From IMG/VR virus record IMGVR_UViG_3300009068_004979: 64,000 nt of DNA; one strand, 5' to 3'. This document shows, piece after piece, positions 49,314 through 58,676 of the stretch; the first letter of the stretch is position 1; the number at the start of each line of letters is the position of its first letter. This DNA is from a virus. The notes under the pieces were generated by a model that saw only the letters and a list, made by a program, of their open reading frames with translations, ran no database searches and was not told the DNA's origin. Position numbers and translations under genes: made by a program.

Positions 49314-49877
49314 GTGTTAAAAGAGCTAAATTTTAAGCAATACAATATACATATTGTCGACTTTAATAGTATTCTGCAAAAGAATATCGATAATGCTCTT
49401 ATCGACGATTTGCATAAATTTCATCTTCTAAATGGTAAGATGCGGAGTGCTACAAAACGCTTTTTTTATCATCACATTATTTTGCATGTTTGTGAGCATG
49501 TTCTTAATATAAAGTCAAGAGAACGGGTCATTCTTTACTTTCATGGAAATCAATTGCCGAATTTAAAACTATCGGAGTACTTTGCAGAAGAGCATATTCT
49601 TAAGCTTATAAATGAAATAATGCGTAAAATGATTAACATTCTCCCGCTACGTATATATCAGAGTACGCTTTCTTATGAACATTTTATGCACCTTTTGCGT
49701 AGAGATGAAGGTAGAAGTAAAGAGATAGTCAATGGATTGAGAGAGCTGGCATCTATATCATGTATTGAGAGGTATACCTTTGAAAAGGTTAAAAAGTTTA
49801 CTAAGCGCAATGAATTAACGTTTTTAAATGCAGATTACTTTAATAGAATTAAATCTAAACAGCTTTTAATCGTTTAG
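49314..49877 (+). CDS. Hypothetical protein, possibly degenerate PIN/5'-exonuclease fold
   Basis: 187 aa; IHIVDFN and VILYF strands but few acidic catalytic residues. Confidence 0.55.
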   Translation: MLKELNFKQYNIHIVDFNSILQKNIDNALIDDLHKFHLLNGKMRSATKRFFYHHIILHVCEHVLNIKSRERVILYFHGNQLPNLKLSEYFAEEHILKLINEIMRKMINILPLRIYQSTLSYEHFMHLLRRDEGRSKEIVNGLRELASISCIERYTFEKVKKFTKRNELTFLNADYFNRIKSKQLLIV

Positions 49878-49895
49878 AGGACTAAATATAAATGT

Positions 49896-50330
49896 ATGAA
49901 CTTCAATGATAAAGTTAATAGTATATATAAGGTATTTTTAGAACAAGAACCTCCAAAGGATGCAACAGAACCGCAGGTTCCAGATGCATCAGCTATACCT
50001 GAGCCAGCAGCTGCTGCACAACCAAAAACCCAGGTGCCACCTGAAGGTTACGTGGATATAGTGAGACTTCTTGCCAAAGCACTTGTGATGGATATTCCTG
50101 CAGGGACGATAGATGATTTATTTACATTGCCTGTTACTGCAGAAAATGCAGAAGAAGTCCGTGAAGGTCTAGAGAAAGCTATTAAACAAAATGAAATGTA
50201 TGCAGATAATCCAGAAAAATTAGATAATGTACATTTTAAAAAGTTTGTTTCTTCTATTAATGAGAATAACTTCATGCAGCGCTACAAGAATATTCTTGCT
50301 ATTATGAAGAAATATAGCAATTCAATTTAA
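49896..50330 (+). CDS. Late hypothetical protein
   Basis: 144 aa; TAAATA 49883-49888; ...YKVFLEQE. Confidence 0.72.
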   Translation: MNFNDKVNSIYKVFLEQEPPKDATEPQVPDASAIPEPAAAAQPKTQVPPEGYVDIVRLLAKALVMDIPAGTIDDLFTLPVTAENAEEVREGLEKAIKQNEMYADNPEKLDNVHFKKFVSSINENNFMQRYKNILAIMKKYSNSI

Positions 50331-50333
50331 ACC

Positions 50334-51779
50334 ATGAACGAGGGTAAGAAATATAGAAGCCTGGATGAAGTGTACTTGCAGGAATCTTTCGCAAAAAAAG
50401 TACCCGAACTTCCGAGAACACGTGTGGTTTTTATAAAAGAAAATGCAGACGTTGTAATACAAAAAAATCCACCAAATGGTCAGGTTAGAGAGTTTGATGT
50501 GAGTGATGAAGTTGCTAATCAAATTATTAGTAGCATAGCGAGTCAGCAGAAACGCTCTACAGAGGAGGGGGAGCTATCTGTAAGCGAAATAATAGATAAA
50601 GTATTAATTAATGATGGATGGAAAGCAGGTAATAAGGAATATACAGCATTATTAGATAGAGTTATTAAAATTTTTACTTCAAGTAATTTTATAGCTGAAA
50701 AATTTAATAATTTAATTAAAATTCAAAAAGATAAAAATAATAAATTTCGTACTGCACTATTGGCAGCTCCAGGGGAAGTTTTTGCATACAAATCTCTAAT
50801 ATCTGATGCATTTATGCAATTGTTTGAGGGTGAAGATGGCTACAAAGTCGCCGAGAGCTTGTGGCCAATAACTTTTAAAGCTAGAGTAAATGTTGGTCCA
50901 GGAGAGCTTGCAATTACACTTTTATCAGATTCTATCAAAGGTAAAACTGGTGATTTATTATTTAACGGATTTGGTGAAGTGGAGGTAAAAGGATCAGATG
51001 CACGCATGGGCGGAGGTGGCTATTGTCATAATAATACACCTACAGAACTTAACAATATAATATCAAGTGAACAAGGAAAATTATCAGAAAAAACATTACT
51101 AAGAATAAAAGCTGAAACCTATAAGAGAATTGAAAATTTTATAAAAGAAAGAGAGCAGCTTAAGGGTAGAGTTGTAGTTCCAAAAGAAAAACAAATAGAA
51201 TATTTATCTAGTATAAAAGATTCTCTTGATAATGCGGATAGCTTAACTCAATTATTACAAGCTGTTGATAAATCTGGTCTTCCTAAGAATATTGTAAAGT
51301 CTTTAAGAACATCAGTTGAAGAATATACAAAATATAAAAAAGGCGAAGTCAAGGGTCAGTTTGCACCTGCATTTACAACTTTTTTCTCTATGGCTAGTGA
51401 ATTAACCGATGAACAGCTCGTAAGAGGTATTGTAGCATCTAGAAGTTATGACAGTTCAAACATCTTTAACGATTTAACAGCTGCAATAAACTCTTTGTAT
51501 TTAAAATACAAAGAAGAATTAATAGCAAACGGTACATTTACAAGAAATTTAACACGGCTTGTTGGCGCTATGCATACAGCAATTTATCATCAAGTTCAAA
51601 AATTTAGGGGGATATTATTTTTAAACGATAGTACAAAAAATATGTTATATTATGAATTTTCTAATAATTTAGAAAAAGATATAGATTCTCTTTATACTCT
51701 TTATAAAAAAACAAATGCAGTAATAAATTTAAGTATTGATAGCAAATTTCAATCTGCCGGCATTTTACTTTCAATATGA
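50334..51779 (+). CDS. Putative PD-(D/E)xK nuclease-fold protein
   Basis: GPGELAITLL...GDLLFNGFGEVEVKG = E..D..ExK catalytic pattern. Confidence 0.6.
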   Translation: MNEGKKYRSLDEVYLQESFAKKVPELPRTRVVFIKENADVVIQKNPPNGQVREFDVSDEVANQIISSIASQQKRSTEEGELSVSEIIDKVLINDGWKAGNKEYTALLDRVIKIFTSSNFIAEKFNNLIKIQKDKNNKFRTALLAAPGEVFAYKSLISDAFMQLFEGEDGYKVAESLWPITFKARVNVGPGELAITLLSDSIKGKTGDLLFNGFGEVEVKGSDARMGGGGYCHNNTPTELNNIISSEQGKLSEKTLLRIKAETYKRIENFIKEREQLKGRVVVPKEKQIEYLSSIKDSLDNADSLTQLLQAVDKSGLPKNIVKSLRTSVEEYTKYKKGEVKGQFAPAFTTFFSMASELTDEQLVRGIVASRSYDSSNIFNDLTAAINSLYLKYKEELIANGTFTRNLTRLVGAMHTAIYHQVQKFRGILFLNDSTKNMLYYEFSNNLEKDIDSLYTLYKKTNAVINLSIDSKFQSAGILLSI

Positions 51780-52990
51780 ACTCCTTTAAATATTTTTATT
51801 TCTTAACTGAAGGCGGTGCTGCCGGGCATATGCTTCATCCTTTTGATTTACCACAGGTTACAAATGGTAATGCTTTGATCAAAGTTTATAAGCAGACAGA
51901 GGCAAGCGTAAGGGAAAAACCAGCAGCAGTAAAAATTGATGGCTTGAATGCATCAATTAAGCTAATCACTAATGCTGATGGCAGTAAGGAATTTGCTCTT
52001 GATCGTGGCTCAAACAAGCAAGAAGATATACAGGGTGTGACGCTAGCCACGTTATCAAACCGGTTTCCACAAGGTCATGGAATGCTCGCAGTAGGTACTG
52101 ATGTTCTGTCAATTTTTAATAAAGCTCTTCCGACAATAACAAATGAACTAAAACGGTTAAAAATGCTTGATAATAGTAGCATACTTTTTAATATGGAATA
52201 TGTTAAGGGTAATACAAACGTTATAGGTTATAAGGATAATTTCTTAGCTATTCACGGTCTAAATGAGATTTATCAGGTGACTAGTCCAATTAAGAAATCA
52301 GTAAGCAGGGCATCAAGAGAAATTTCTTATGATAAGAAGGCGTTATCAGATTTAATAGAAAAGGTAAATAAAATAGCAAGGAGTTTTGACTTTAATGTTG
52401 TGGGTGAAATAGCGGCTACATTAACTCATAATATAAGCTTTGATTCAGAGTTAAATTCAGAATTTGCAGTAAAATATAATGCTGAACATGTTGAAGTGAA
52501 GACATTGCGTACCTGGTTACAAAAAGCAAAAAATCCGAAAGGTGTAACAATCGCTCTTTCTAGTGGAAAGCGTGTAGATGCGCTTTCAAAGCAAATTTAT
52601 TTAGCTGTGCTAGAGGGTCAAGAGCTCGACTCTTTGATAAAAGATAGAGATCAAACAGGTATAAAGAATGCCATTGATGGCGCGGTAATCTACCATGCAA
52701 CACGTTTAATGGGTCAGAAGCTTCTCTCCTCCATGAAATCGCCTCTTGGTGATATAGAGACGCAAGAAGGTATTGTTATACGTGATCCTAAGATTTCTTC
52801 TGTTCCTTTTAAAATCACCGGTGAGTTTATAGTGCGCGGATTACAGAGCAAATTTAAAAAGAATGAACAAGAGGAAGGACCATTAACGAGAAGTACGCTG
52901 AATAACGTTAATTATATTAATACACCGCCTTATGAATATGAGGGCAGCAATTTGCGCTCAACACCGGGATTCAATATAAACCCAACATGA
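51776..52990 (+). CDS. ATP-dependent ligase-like nucleotidyltransferase (RNA-ligase fold)
   Basis: Motif I KIDG, III FNMEY, IV EGIVIR, V FKITG; N-terminal EGGAAGHMLHPFD. Confidence 0.7.
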   Translation: MNSFKYFYFLTEGGAAGHMLHPFDLPQVTNGNALIKVYKQTEASVREKPAAVKIDGLNASIKLITNADGSKEFALDRGSNKQEDIQGVTLATLSNRFPQGHGMLAVGTDVLSIFNKALPTITNELKRLKMLDNSSILFNMEYVKGNTNVIGYKDNFLAIHGLNEIYQVTSPIKKSVSRASREISYDKKALSDLIEKVNKIARSFDFNVVGEIAATLTHNISFDSELNSEFAVKYNAEHVEVKTLRTWLQKAKNPKGVTIALSSGKRVDALSKQIYLAVLEGQELDSLIKDRDQTGIKNAIDGAVIYHATRLMGQKLLSSMKSPLGDIETQEGIVIRDPKISSVPFKITGEFIVRGLQSKFKKNEQEEGPLTRSTLNNVNYINTPPYEYEGSNLRSTPGFNINPT

Positions 52991-53535
52991 AGTTTAAGTT
53001 TGACATTCTAGTAGAACAGCTTCTTGGTGAGAAGAAAGAACGCATAGCTCTCTTACCGGGTGGGTTTAAGCCACCACATAAGGGCCATTTTAAAGCATTA
53101 AGTTATATCTTGCAAGATGCAGATCGTGGCATTGTTTATATTGGAAATAAGGAAAGGGATGGTGTAACGGCTGAACAGGCAAAGCAAATTTGGGAAATAT
53201 ATAAAAAGTATTTACCAAAGCCTATTGATATAGAAATTACAAAAATTACACCAGTAAAATCGGTCTATGATTTTGTCGATAGTAATCTAGATAAACCTGT
53301 TATTGTTGGAGCTTCAGGTGATGAGGATTTAAAGCGTTTTGAATATTTTAAGAAACATGCAGAAAAATATCCGTTAGTTACTGTTGTCAATATACCACCT
53401 CAGTATAATAGAATTTCAGGTACTGAAGCAAGAAAGAAAATTATAGGAAAAGAATCAGACGCCGTAGAGTATTTTGTACCTGAAATATCTGATCAAGATT
53501 TACTTAAGATAAAGAATATACTTCTTATTTCTTAG
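52987..53535 (+). CDS. HIGH-superfamily nucleotidyltransferase (cytidyltransferase-like)
   Basis: PGGFKPPHKGH (HxGH) and ISGTEAR (SxT). Confidence 0.85.
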   Translation: MKFKFDILVEQLLGEKKERIALLPGGFKPPHKGHFKALSYILQDADRGIVYIGNKERDGVTAEQAKQIWEIYKKYLPKPIDIEITKITPVKSVYDFVDSNLDKPVIVGASGDEDLKRFEYFKKHAEKYPLVTVVNIPPQYNRISGTEARKKIIGKESDAVEYFVPEISDQDLLKIKNILLIS

Positions 53536-54295
53536 TTTCTAGTACCTTAATTGCTTCTAGAAGAACCTTTTCCACAATTTCACGAGATTCACTCTTGAGT
53601 GATTTTTTTAATGCATCTAATAGGGAGCCACCGCCTGAATTAATAGCTGAAAATAAATCGTTCTCCGTTTCTTCTTCTACATTTTCAAGGCTATGATTAA
53701 GCACTTCTCTGTGTTTTTCATAGTCCTTATAGCCAAAGATAGAATTCAAATCGCCTTGCGCTCTTGCAATTTTATCAAGAACCCATGGTTCAACATTTTC
53801 TTCATCACCGAGCAAATCGTGCAACATTGCTGCAATTTTAACAATACGAAATAAGTTTTGCTTTGTCATGTAGCCGCCGTGTTCTTCACTGGAATGCTCG
53901 GATCCGTGCATCATATCGCATCCTTCACAATCTTCATTACTCTTTAGCGGAAGCTTGCCAGAGCCACCCATGGATTTATCAATGGCTCCGCCTCTTGCTT
54001 TTTCATACCCGGAAAGTTTACCATCTTTGTTTAAATCAGATTTCTTTACGTCTATTTCATCTTGATTTGCATGCTGATTAGCTTTGCATTCTGCACATCC
54101 ATTGCATTTGCAACCTTCTGCAGCATACTTACATGTACATTCTTCATTTTCACAATTGCACTTCTTTGTGACTGCAACAAATTTATCAGGTGTATACCCT
54201 GCAGCAGGGCTATTTTCACCCTGAGGACCTAGATTCATTTCATTGATTCTAGCGTTATAAAGCTCATTCAATAGATAGAAATCCTTATTAAACAT
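53525..54295 (-). CDS. Late protein with Cys cluster and EF-hand-like loop
   Basis: CNCENEECTC...CKCNGCAEC; DLNKDGKLSGYE; TAAATA upstream. Confidence 0.72.
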   Translation of the reverse strand: MFNKDFYLLNELYNARINEMNLGPQGENSPAAGYTPDKFVAVTKKCNCENEECTCKYAAEGCKCNGCAECKANQHANQDEIDVKKSDLNKDGKLSGYEKARGGAIDKSMGGSGKLPLKSNEDCEGCDMMHGSEHSSEEHGGYMTKQNLFRIVKIAAMLHDLLGDEENVEPWVLDKIARAQGDLNSIFGYKDYEKHREVLNHSLENVEEETENDLFSAINSGGGSLLDALKKSLKSESREIVEKVLLEAIKVLETKK

Positions 54296-54338
54296 ATGTT
54301 ATATTAATATTTAGTCTTATGGCACATAAATATTTTAT

Positions 54339-54626
54339 ATGTTGTTTGAAAATGCATTTTATTTGGCACTTGATAATGAACTAGTTGAAGAGAGAAGCAC
54401 AGGAAAATGCACAAAAGTTACCGGACAAATGTCATCATCTCGATCTGATAAAAAATACATGCGTTGTGCGCGTGTTGGTGGTAAGCTCAAGCGTGTACAT
54501 TATGGGGATCCAAATCTAAGAATAAAGAAATCCAACCCAAAGCGTAGAAAAAGCTTCAGAGCTCGACACAAGTGTTCTTCTGCAAAACCCGGTACTGCAA
54601 AATATTTTAGTTGTAAAAACTGGTAA
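54339..54626 (+). CDS. Small basic conserved phage protein
   Basis: VHYGDPNLRIKKSNPKRRKSFRARHKC...YFSCKNW, a motif I recall from T4-like aquatic phages; TAAATA upstream. Confidence 0.8.
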   Translation: MLFENAFYLALDNELVEERSTGKCTKVTGQMSSSRSDKKYMRCARVGGKLKRVHYGDPNLRIKKSNPKRRKSFRARHKCSSAKPGTAKYFSCKNW

Positions 54627-54640
54627 CCTTAAATAATAAT

Positions 54641-55054
54641 ATGACATCTTTTAAGCAATTCTATAAAAGACCTGTACTCGGTGTTGGTGAAGTAATAGAT
54701 ATTGCTGGTATAGGGTCTGTAAAAGCCAAGGTTGATAGCGGTAATGAGGCTTTTAATGTTTTGCATGGTACCAATATAAAGGATGAAAATAACGAAGTAA
54801 GCTTTACAACAATTAATAATAAGAACATTAAAAAGCCTAAGCACGATACTATTACAATTCATATAGGCAGCGGTGTGAAGGAAGACAGGCCTGTGGTTTT
54901 ATTTGATATAAAGATAGATGGTAAAGAGTATAAAAATATACCTTTTAGTATAGCTGATAGAACGGAGAACGATGAGCCTGTTCTAGTAGGTGAGCCGTTT
55001 GTGAGACAGCTAAATGCTCTTATTGATGTGAAGAGAGATAATACAGAAGATTAA
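54641..55054 (+). CDS. Retropepsin-like aspartic protease (RimK-associated family)
   Basis: AKVDSGN catalytic D(S/T)G, EDRPVV, IADR, VLVG. Confidence 0.82.
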   Translation: MTSFKQFYKRPVLGVGEVIDIAGIGSVKAKVDSGNEAFNVLHGTNIKDENNEVSFTTINNKNIKKPKHDTITIHIGSGVKEDRPVVLFDIKIDGKEYKNIPFSIADRTENDEPVLVGEPFVRQLNALIDVKRDNTED

Positions 55055-55704
55055 TTATTCTTCATGTTGGCAACAAAAGTATAAAATTCTGCTCGAACAG
55101 CAGCATCATTCATAAAGTCACCACTTAGCTTGCTTGTCTTCATCTCACAACCATCATGCTTAATACCGCGGAGACATGCACATGTATGAGTTGCACTCAC
55201 CATAACAGCTACACCGCGATTCTTCTCGCATACTTCATTAATTGCATCATGAATTTGAATAGTAAGACCTTCTTGTATCTGAGGTCTGCGCGCATAAAAC
55301 TCCACAATACGATTCAGCTTACTCAAGCCAATTACTCTGCCTTCAAGAGAAGGAATATAGGCTACATGTGCTTTACCGGTAAAAGCGAGATGATGATGAC
55401 TGCACAAGCTCTTGACTGGAATACCACCTTGAAACACCATGCCATCATAACCATTGCTCGGAAATGATGTTACTTTTGGTGGTTCATTATAACATCCTGC
55501 AGCAAGATCCTGCACAAAAGCTTTAGCAACACGACGAGGTGTATTGGTACTATTCGGATCATTACGCCAATCAAAGCCTAGAGCATCAAGATATGCTTCA
55601 TAAGCTTTTGCAGCTTTCTCAATAATCTCAACTTTCTCTCCCTCTGTATGAGGATGGTTTCCGTTGGCAAACTTCAATCTTACAACTTTACTATATTCTG
55701 ACAT
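55051..55704 (-). CDS. folE: GTP cyclohydrolase I
   Basis: TPRRVAK, SLCSHH, GLSKLNR, RRPQIQE, HTCACLRG. Confidence 0.96.
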   Translation of the reverse strand: MSEYSKVVRLKFANGNHPHTEGEKVEIIEKAAKAYEAYLDALGFDWRNDPNSTNTPRRVAKAFVQDLAAGCYNEPPKVTSFPSNGYDGMVFQGGIPVKSLCSHHHLAFTGKAHVAYIPSLEGRVIGLSKLNRIVEFYARRPQIQEGLTIQIHDAINEVCEKNRGVAVMVSATHTCACLRGIKHDGCEMKTSKLSGDFMNDAAVRAEFYTFVANMKNN

Positions 55705-55712
55705 ATTGTGTT

Positions 55713-55740
55713 ATTATAATATATGTTTTACGTAGTTCAA
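55713..55740 (-). promoter_or_regulatory. Early/middle promoter of folE
   Basis: TTGAAC-N16-TATAAT-N8-ATG. Confidence 0.75.
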
Positions 55741-55753
55741 CATAAATAATAGT

Positions 55754-56746
55754 ATGAAGTATCTTTCTCTATTACAAGAAAGCCTCAGAAGTCTCACACT
55801 AAAGCGCGTGAGAATAAAAATCGATCCTGCACAAGTTACAAAAGAATGTGATTTTACGAAATGCACAGGTTATGAAGGTTATGTGCTTGAAGAATGTGGA
55901 GGCTCAATGAAAATATTGGTTCTATCCCCGGAGATGCCTGTGCATCAAATACCTGATGAATTTTTAGAAATTATATCAGATGTTCATGAGCATGATACTT
56001 TTGATGAATTTAAGGCTCTAGTTATAAAGCATCTGGTAGCAAGAGGTAAGACAGAGACAGATCCTGTATCACAGGATGTTTTAAGATCTGAAACTGTAGG
56101 CGAAATAGAGAGTGCACTCAGACAAGCAGGTGCTACTGAAGAAGATTTGACAAAATTATATCGTCATTTTATTGAACATGAAGATGAAATACATGAAGCA
56201 AAAGATGAAGATTTGACTCTCAAGGATTATAAAGCTGCTGTAAAGCAGAAATACCAGGATTTAAAATCTAAAGCAAAAGACCCAGCAACATATCTCAAAG
56301 TACCCGGGAAAGCAGTGGGCTTAGCAGGCAAAGCTATTAGTGGTCTAGGATCTTTAGCGGGCGCTATTGGAGGCAAAGCTTCACAACCAGAGACTACACC
56401 ACAAGCATTAGCATCAACTGTACAGACAATTGGTGGTGCTGTACAGAAGGTAGGTGCAAAGCTTCAGGAACCAGTAACAAAATTTCAACAGGCCGCAGCT
56501 AGACAAAAGTATGCTCCAGCAGAATTTGATTTGGGTGAAATTCTGAATCCAAATGGCTTCTTTACCAAGAAAGATGCAGCAGGGAAGGTAATACCTACAT
56601 ATACACAAGCAGATATTAAATCAGGCAAAGTCATAAGCTATACAAATAGATATGGCAAAAAGATCAGTTATAAGATTATCGGCACAGAAAAAGACAAAGC
56701 TGGTAATGTTGTTGTTAAGGCCGAACCACAAACAAAAGGTTACTAA
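55754..56746 (+). CDS. Late hypothetical protein
   Basis: 330 aa; TAAATA 55743-55748; MKYLSLLQE; Gly/Ala-rich helix. Confidence 0.75.
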   Translation: MKYLSLLQESLRSLTLKRVRIKIDPAQVTKECDFTKCTGYEGYVLEECGGSMKILVLSPEMPVHQIPDEFLEIISDVHEHDTFDEFKALVIKHLVARGKTETDPVSQDVLRSETVGEIESALRQAGATEEDLTKLYRHFIEHEDEIHEAKDEDLTLKDYKAAVKQKYQDLKSKAKDPATYLKVPGKAVGLAGKAISGLGSLAGAIGGKASQPETTPQALASTVQTIGGAVQKVGAKLQEPVTKFQQAAARQKYAPAEFDLGEILNPNGFFTKKDAAGKVIPTYTQADIKSGKVISYTNRYGKKISYKIIGTEKDKAGNVVVKAEPQTKGY

Positions 56747-56760
56747 ATACAACAAAACAG

Positions 56761-56789
56761 TTGATTTCTGTTGCATATTTGGTTATAAT
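56761..56789 (+). promoter_or_regulatory. Sigma70-like promoter with no adjacent start codon
   Basis: TTGATT-N17-TATAAT. Confidence 0.65.
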
Positions 56790-56887
56790 AATACAGTAAT
56801 AGAAAGCCTAGTACCATTCTGGATTTGTCTTGATATTACTCGATATACTAGTTGATTAATAGATAAAGGAGTTTAAACTGATATTAT

Positions 56888-57670
56888 ATGAATTACGAAA
56901 GTACAAAGATAATTGAATTAGGTTCTTGCGCATTTAGACAATGGAGAGCTGATAGTCATTGCAAATTTATACATGGTTACAGACTAGTAGCTAAGTTCTG
57001 GTTTAAATGTAATCATTTAGATGATAGAAACTGGGTTGTTGATTTTGGTGGTCTAAAAGAACTCAAACAAGTACTCGAAAAACAATTTGACCATACATTA
57101 TGCGTTTCAGCTGACGATCCTCAGATAGAGCTTTTGAAGCAATTACATACTGTCGGAGCATGTGATTTGCGCATTATGCCGAAGGGAGTTGGTATTGAGA
57201 GAACAGCGGAATGGTGCTTTGATGTTGCTGATGGACATATTAGAGGTCTTACAAGCAATAGATGCTGGGTTGATAGAGTTGAGGTATGGGAACATGAAAA
57301 GAATTCTGCAATTGTGAGCTATGAGCATACATGTATTGCAAATCATAATTCTTACGCTGCAGATAGACATATTGCAGAGCAATATGAATTACCATTTAAT
57401 GGAAATGAAACAATATCAACAACCATACAGCCAAATTTACACATGTCAACAACAGTAGCTGCTGGTATTAATATCGATAATGCTAATATAACACCAGTTG
57501 ATGCCCCGACAGATCCAAATACTACTCGTCCAGCTCCTGTGGGTAATCAGAAATCTGTAATTACACAGAGCAATACTAAGCCCGATCACGCTGCTCCAGC
57601 TCGAGTAGGCAAAGCTCCTGTTACACAGGGCTGGTCTAATCCATTTGCTGGAACAAGCTGGGGCGCATAA
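56888..57670 (+). CDS. queD: 6-carboxytetrahydropterin synthase QueD-like with C-terminal extension
   Basis: HCKFIHGY, WVVDFGGLK, FDHT, VEVWEHEKNSA. Confidence 0.88.
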   Translation: MNYESTKIIELGSCAFRQWRADSHCKFIHGYRLVAKFWFKCNHLDDRNWVVDFGGLKELKQVLEKQFDHTLCVSADDPQIELLKQLHTVGACDLRIMPKGVGIERTAEWCFDVADGHIRGLTSNRCWVDRVEVWEHEKNSAIVSYEHTCIANHNSYAADRHIAEQYELPFNGNETISTTIQPNLHMSTTVAAGINIDNANITPVDAPTDPNTTRPAPVGNQKSVITQSNTKPDHAAPARVGKAPVTQGWSNPFAGTSWGA

Positions 57671-57859
57671 TTGAATCCAGAAGAGTTAGCTCAAAAATAC
57701 GGTGGTGATATCTCAGATTATTACACCGCAAAACAAAAACAAGAGCTGCCAGGTCATGATAATAAAAATTTGCAGGATATATATCAACAACAAATAAAGC
57801 CTAAAAACAATAAAACAATTTTTCTGAGCAAAGATATTATAAGATTTAAACCAGAATAA
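57671..57859 (+). CDS. Small hypothetical protein
   Basis: 62 aa; TTG start abutting the queD stop; fills the gap to phoH exactly. Confidence 0.5.
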   Translation: MNPEELAQKYGGDISDYYTAKQKQELPGHDNKNLQDIYQQQIKPKNNKTIFLSKDIIRFKPE

Positions 57860-58624
57860 TTATTTTTTATTTGTTGATATAGTTCTTATACCTGATATTA
57901 CCCTTACAATAAACTTTAATAATTTGCTTCTTGTTATATCATCTTCTGTGAAGTGAAACGGGTGTATGCCATTTTCTCGGCTTTGATCTGTATCAAAAGC
58001 ATCCATCATCCTAGCAAAGCCTGATTTATCAAATATGTCTGCTTGCTGTGTATCACCAATAACAAAGAGCTTACAGTTTCTTCCAAATCTTGTTAAAATA
58101 GTAACCAGTTCACTATGCTCTAAATTTTGAGCTTCATCAACTATTACTACACTATTAGCGAATGTGCTTCCTCTTAAGAAATTAACAGGTATGCATTTCA
58201 TATAATCACTCTCAAATAACATATTCGTAATCTGCTTGCCAACCAATTCATCACACTTCTCAACTAAAGGTATGCTCCATGGTTTGAATTTTTCGTCAAC
58301 TTCTCCTGGAAGGCTGCCTAGTTTTCTTGTTGCTGATTCAACAATACTACGAATATAGATGATTTCATCTATCTTCTTCTCTTTTAGCATGGAAAGTGCT
58401 ACATATACGGCACAATATGTTTTTGATGATCCTGCAGGGCCGTCTACAAATAATATGTGTGAAGAATCTTCTAGCGCTTTATCTACAAACGTCTTATGAC
58501 GCTCATTGAAGTGAAATTTCTGGTCAATTTTAAAATTAAGAAAAATATCATTCCTCAGAATGCCGCTTTCATCCCGTGCCTGCTGTTTGACCGATTTTTT
58601 AAGCTGCCTGTCTTTTTTAGACAT
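57860..58624 (-). CDS. phoH: PhoH-like ATPase
   Basis: GPAGSSKT, LGSLPG, FLRGSTF, VDEAQN, LTRFG, GDTQQ, DITRS. Confidence 0.93.
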   Translation of the reverse strand: MSKKDRQLKKSVKQQARDESGILRNDIFLNFKIDQKFHFNERHKTFVDKALEDSSHILFVDGPAGSSKTYCAVYVALSMLKEKKIDEIIYIRSIVESATRKLGSLPGEVDEKFKPWSIPLVEKCDELVGKQITNMLFESDYMKCIPVNFLRGSTFANSVVIVDEAQNLEHSELVTILTRFGRNCKLFVIGDTQQADIFDKSGFARMMDAFDTDQSRENGIHPFHFTEDDITRSKLLKFIVRVISGIRTISTNKK

Positions 58625-58642
58625 CTACTATTACTTATTCTC

Positions 58643-58670
58643 TTGACTAGCTACAAATATACTTTATAAT
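58643..58670 (+). promoter_or_regulatory. Early/middle promoter of queE
   Basis: TTGACT-N16-TATAAT-N6-ATG. Confidence 0.8.
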
Positions 58671-58676
58671 ACACTT

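Noticed and set aside
56866-56871. AAGGAG Shine-Dalgarno for queD
   Set aside because: About 16 nt from the ATG and inside the spacer of the proximal promoter; too far for a normal SD.
56795-56887. Canonical preQ1-I riboswitch upstream of queD
   Set aside because: Lacks the short stem-loop plus A-rich 3' tail consensus; kept only as an unclassified hairpin.
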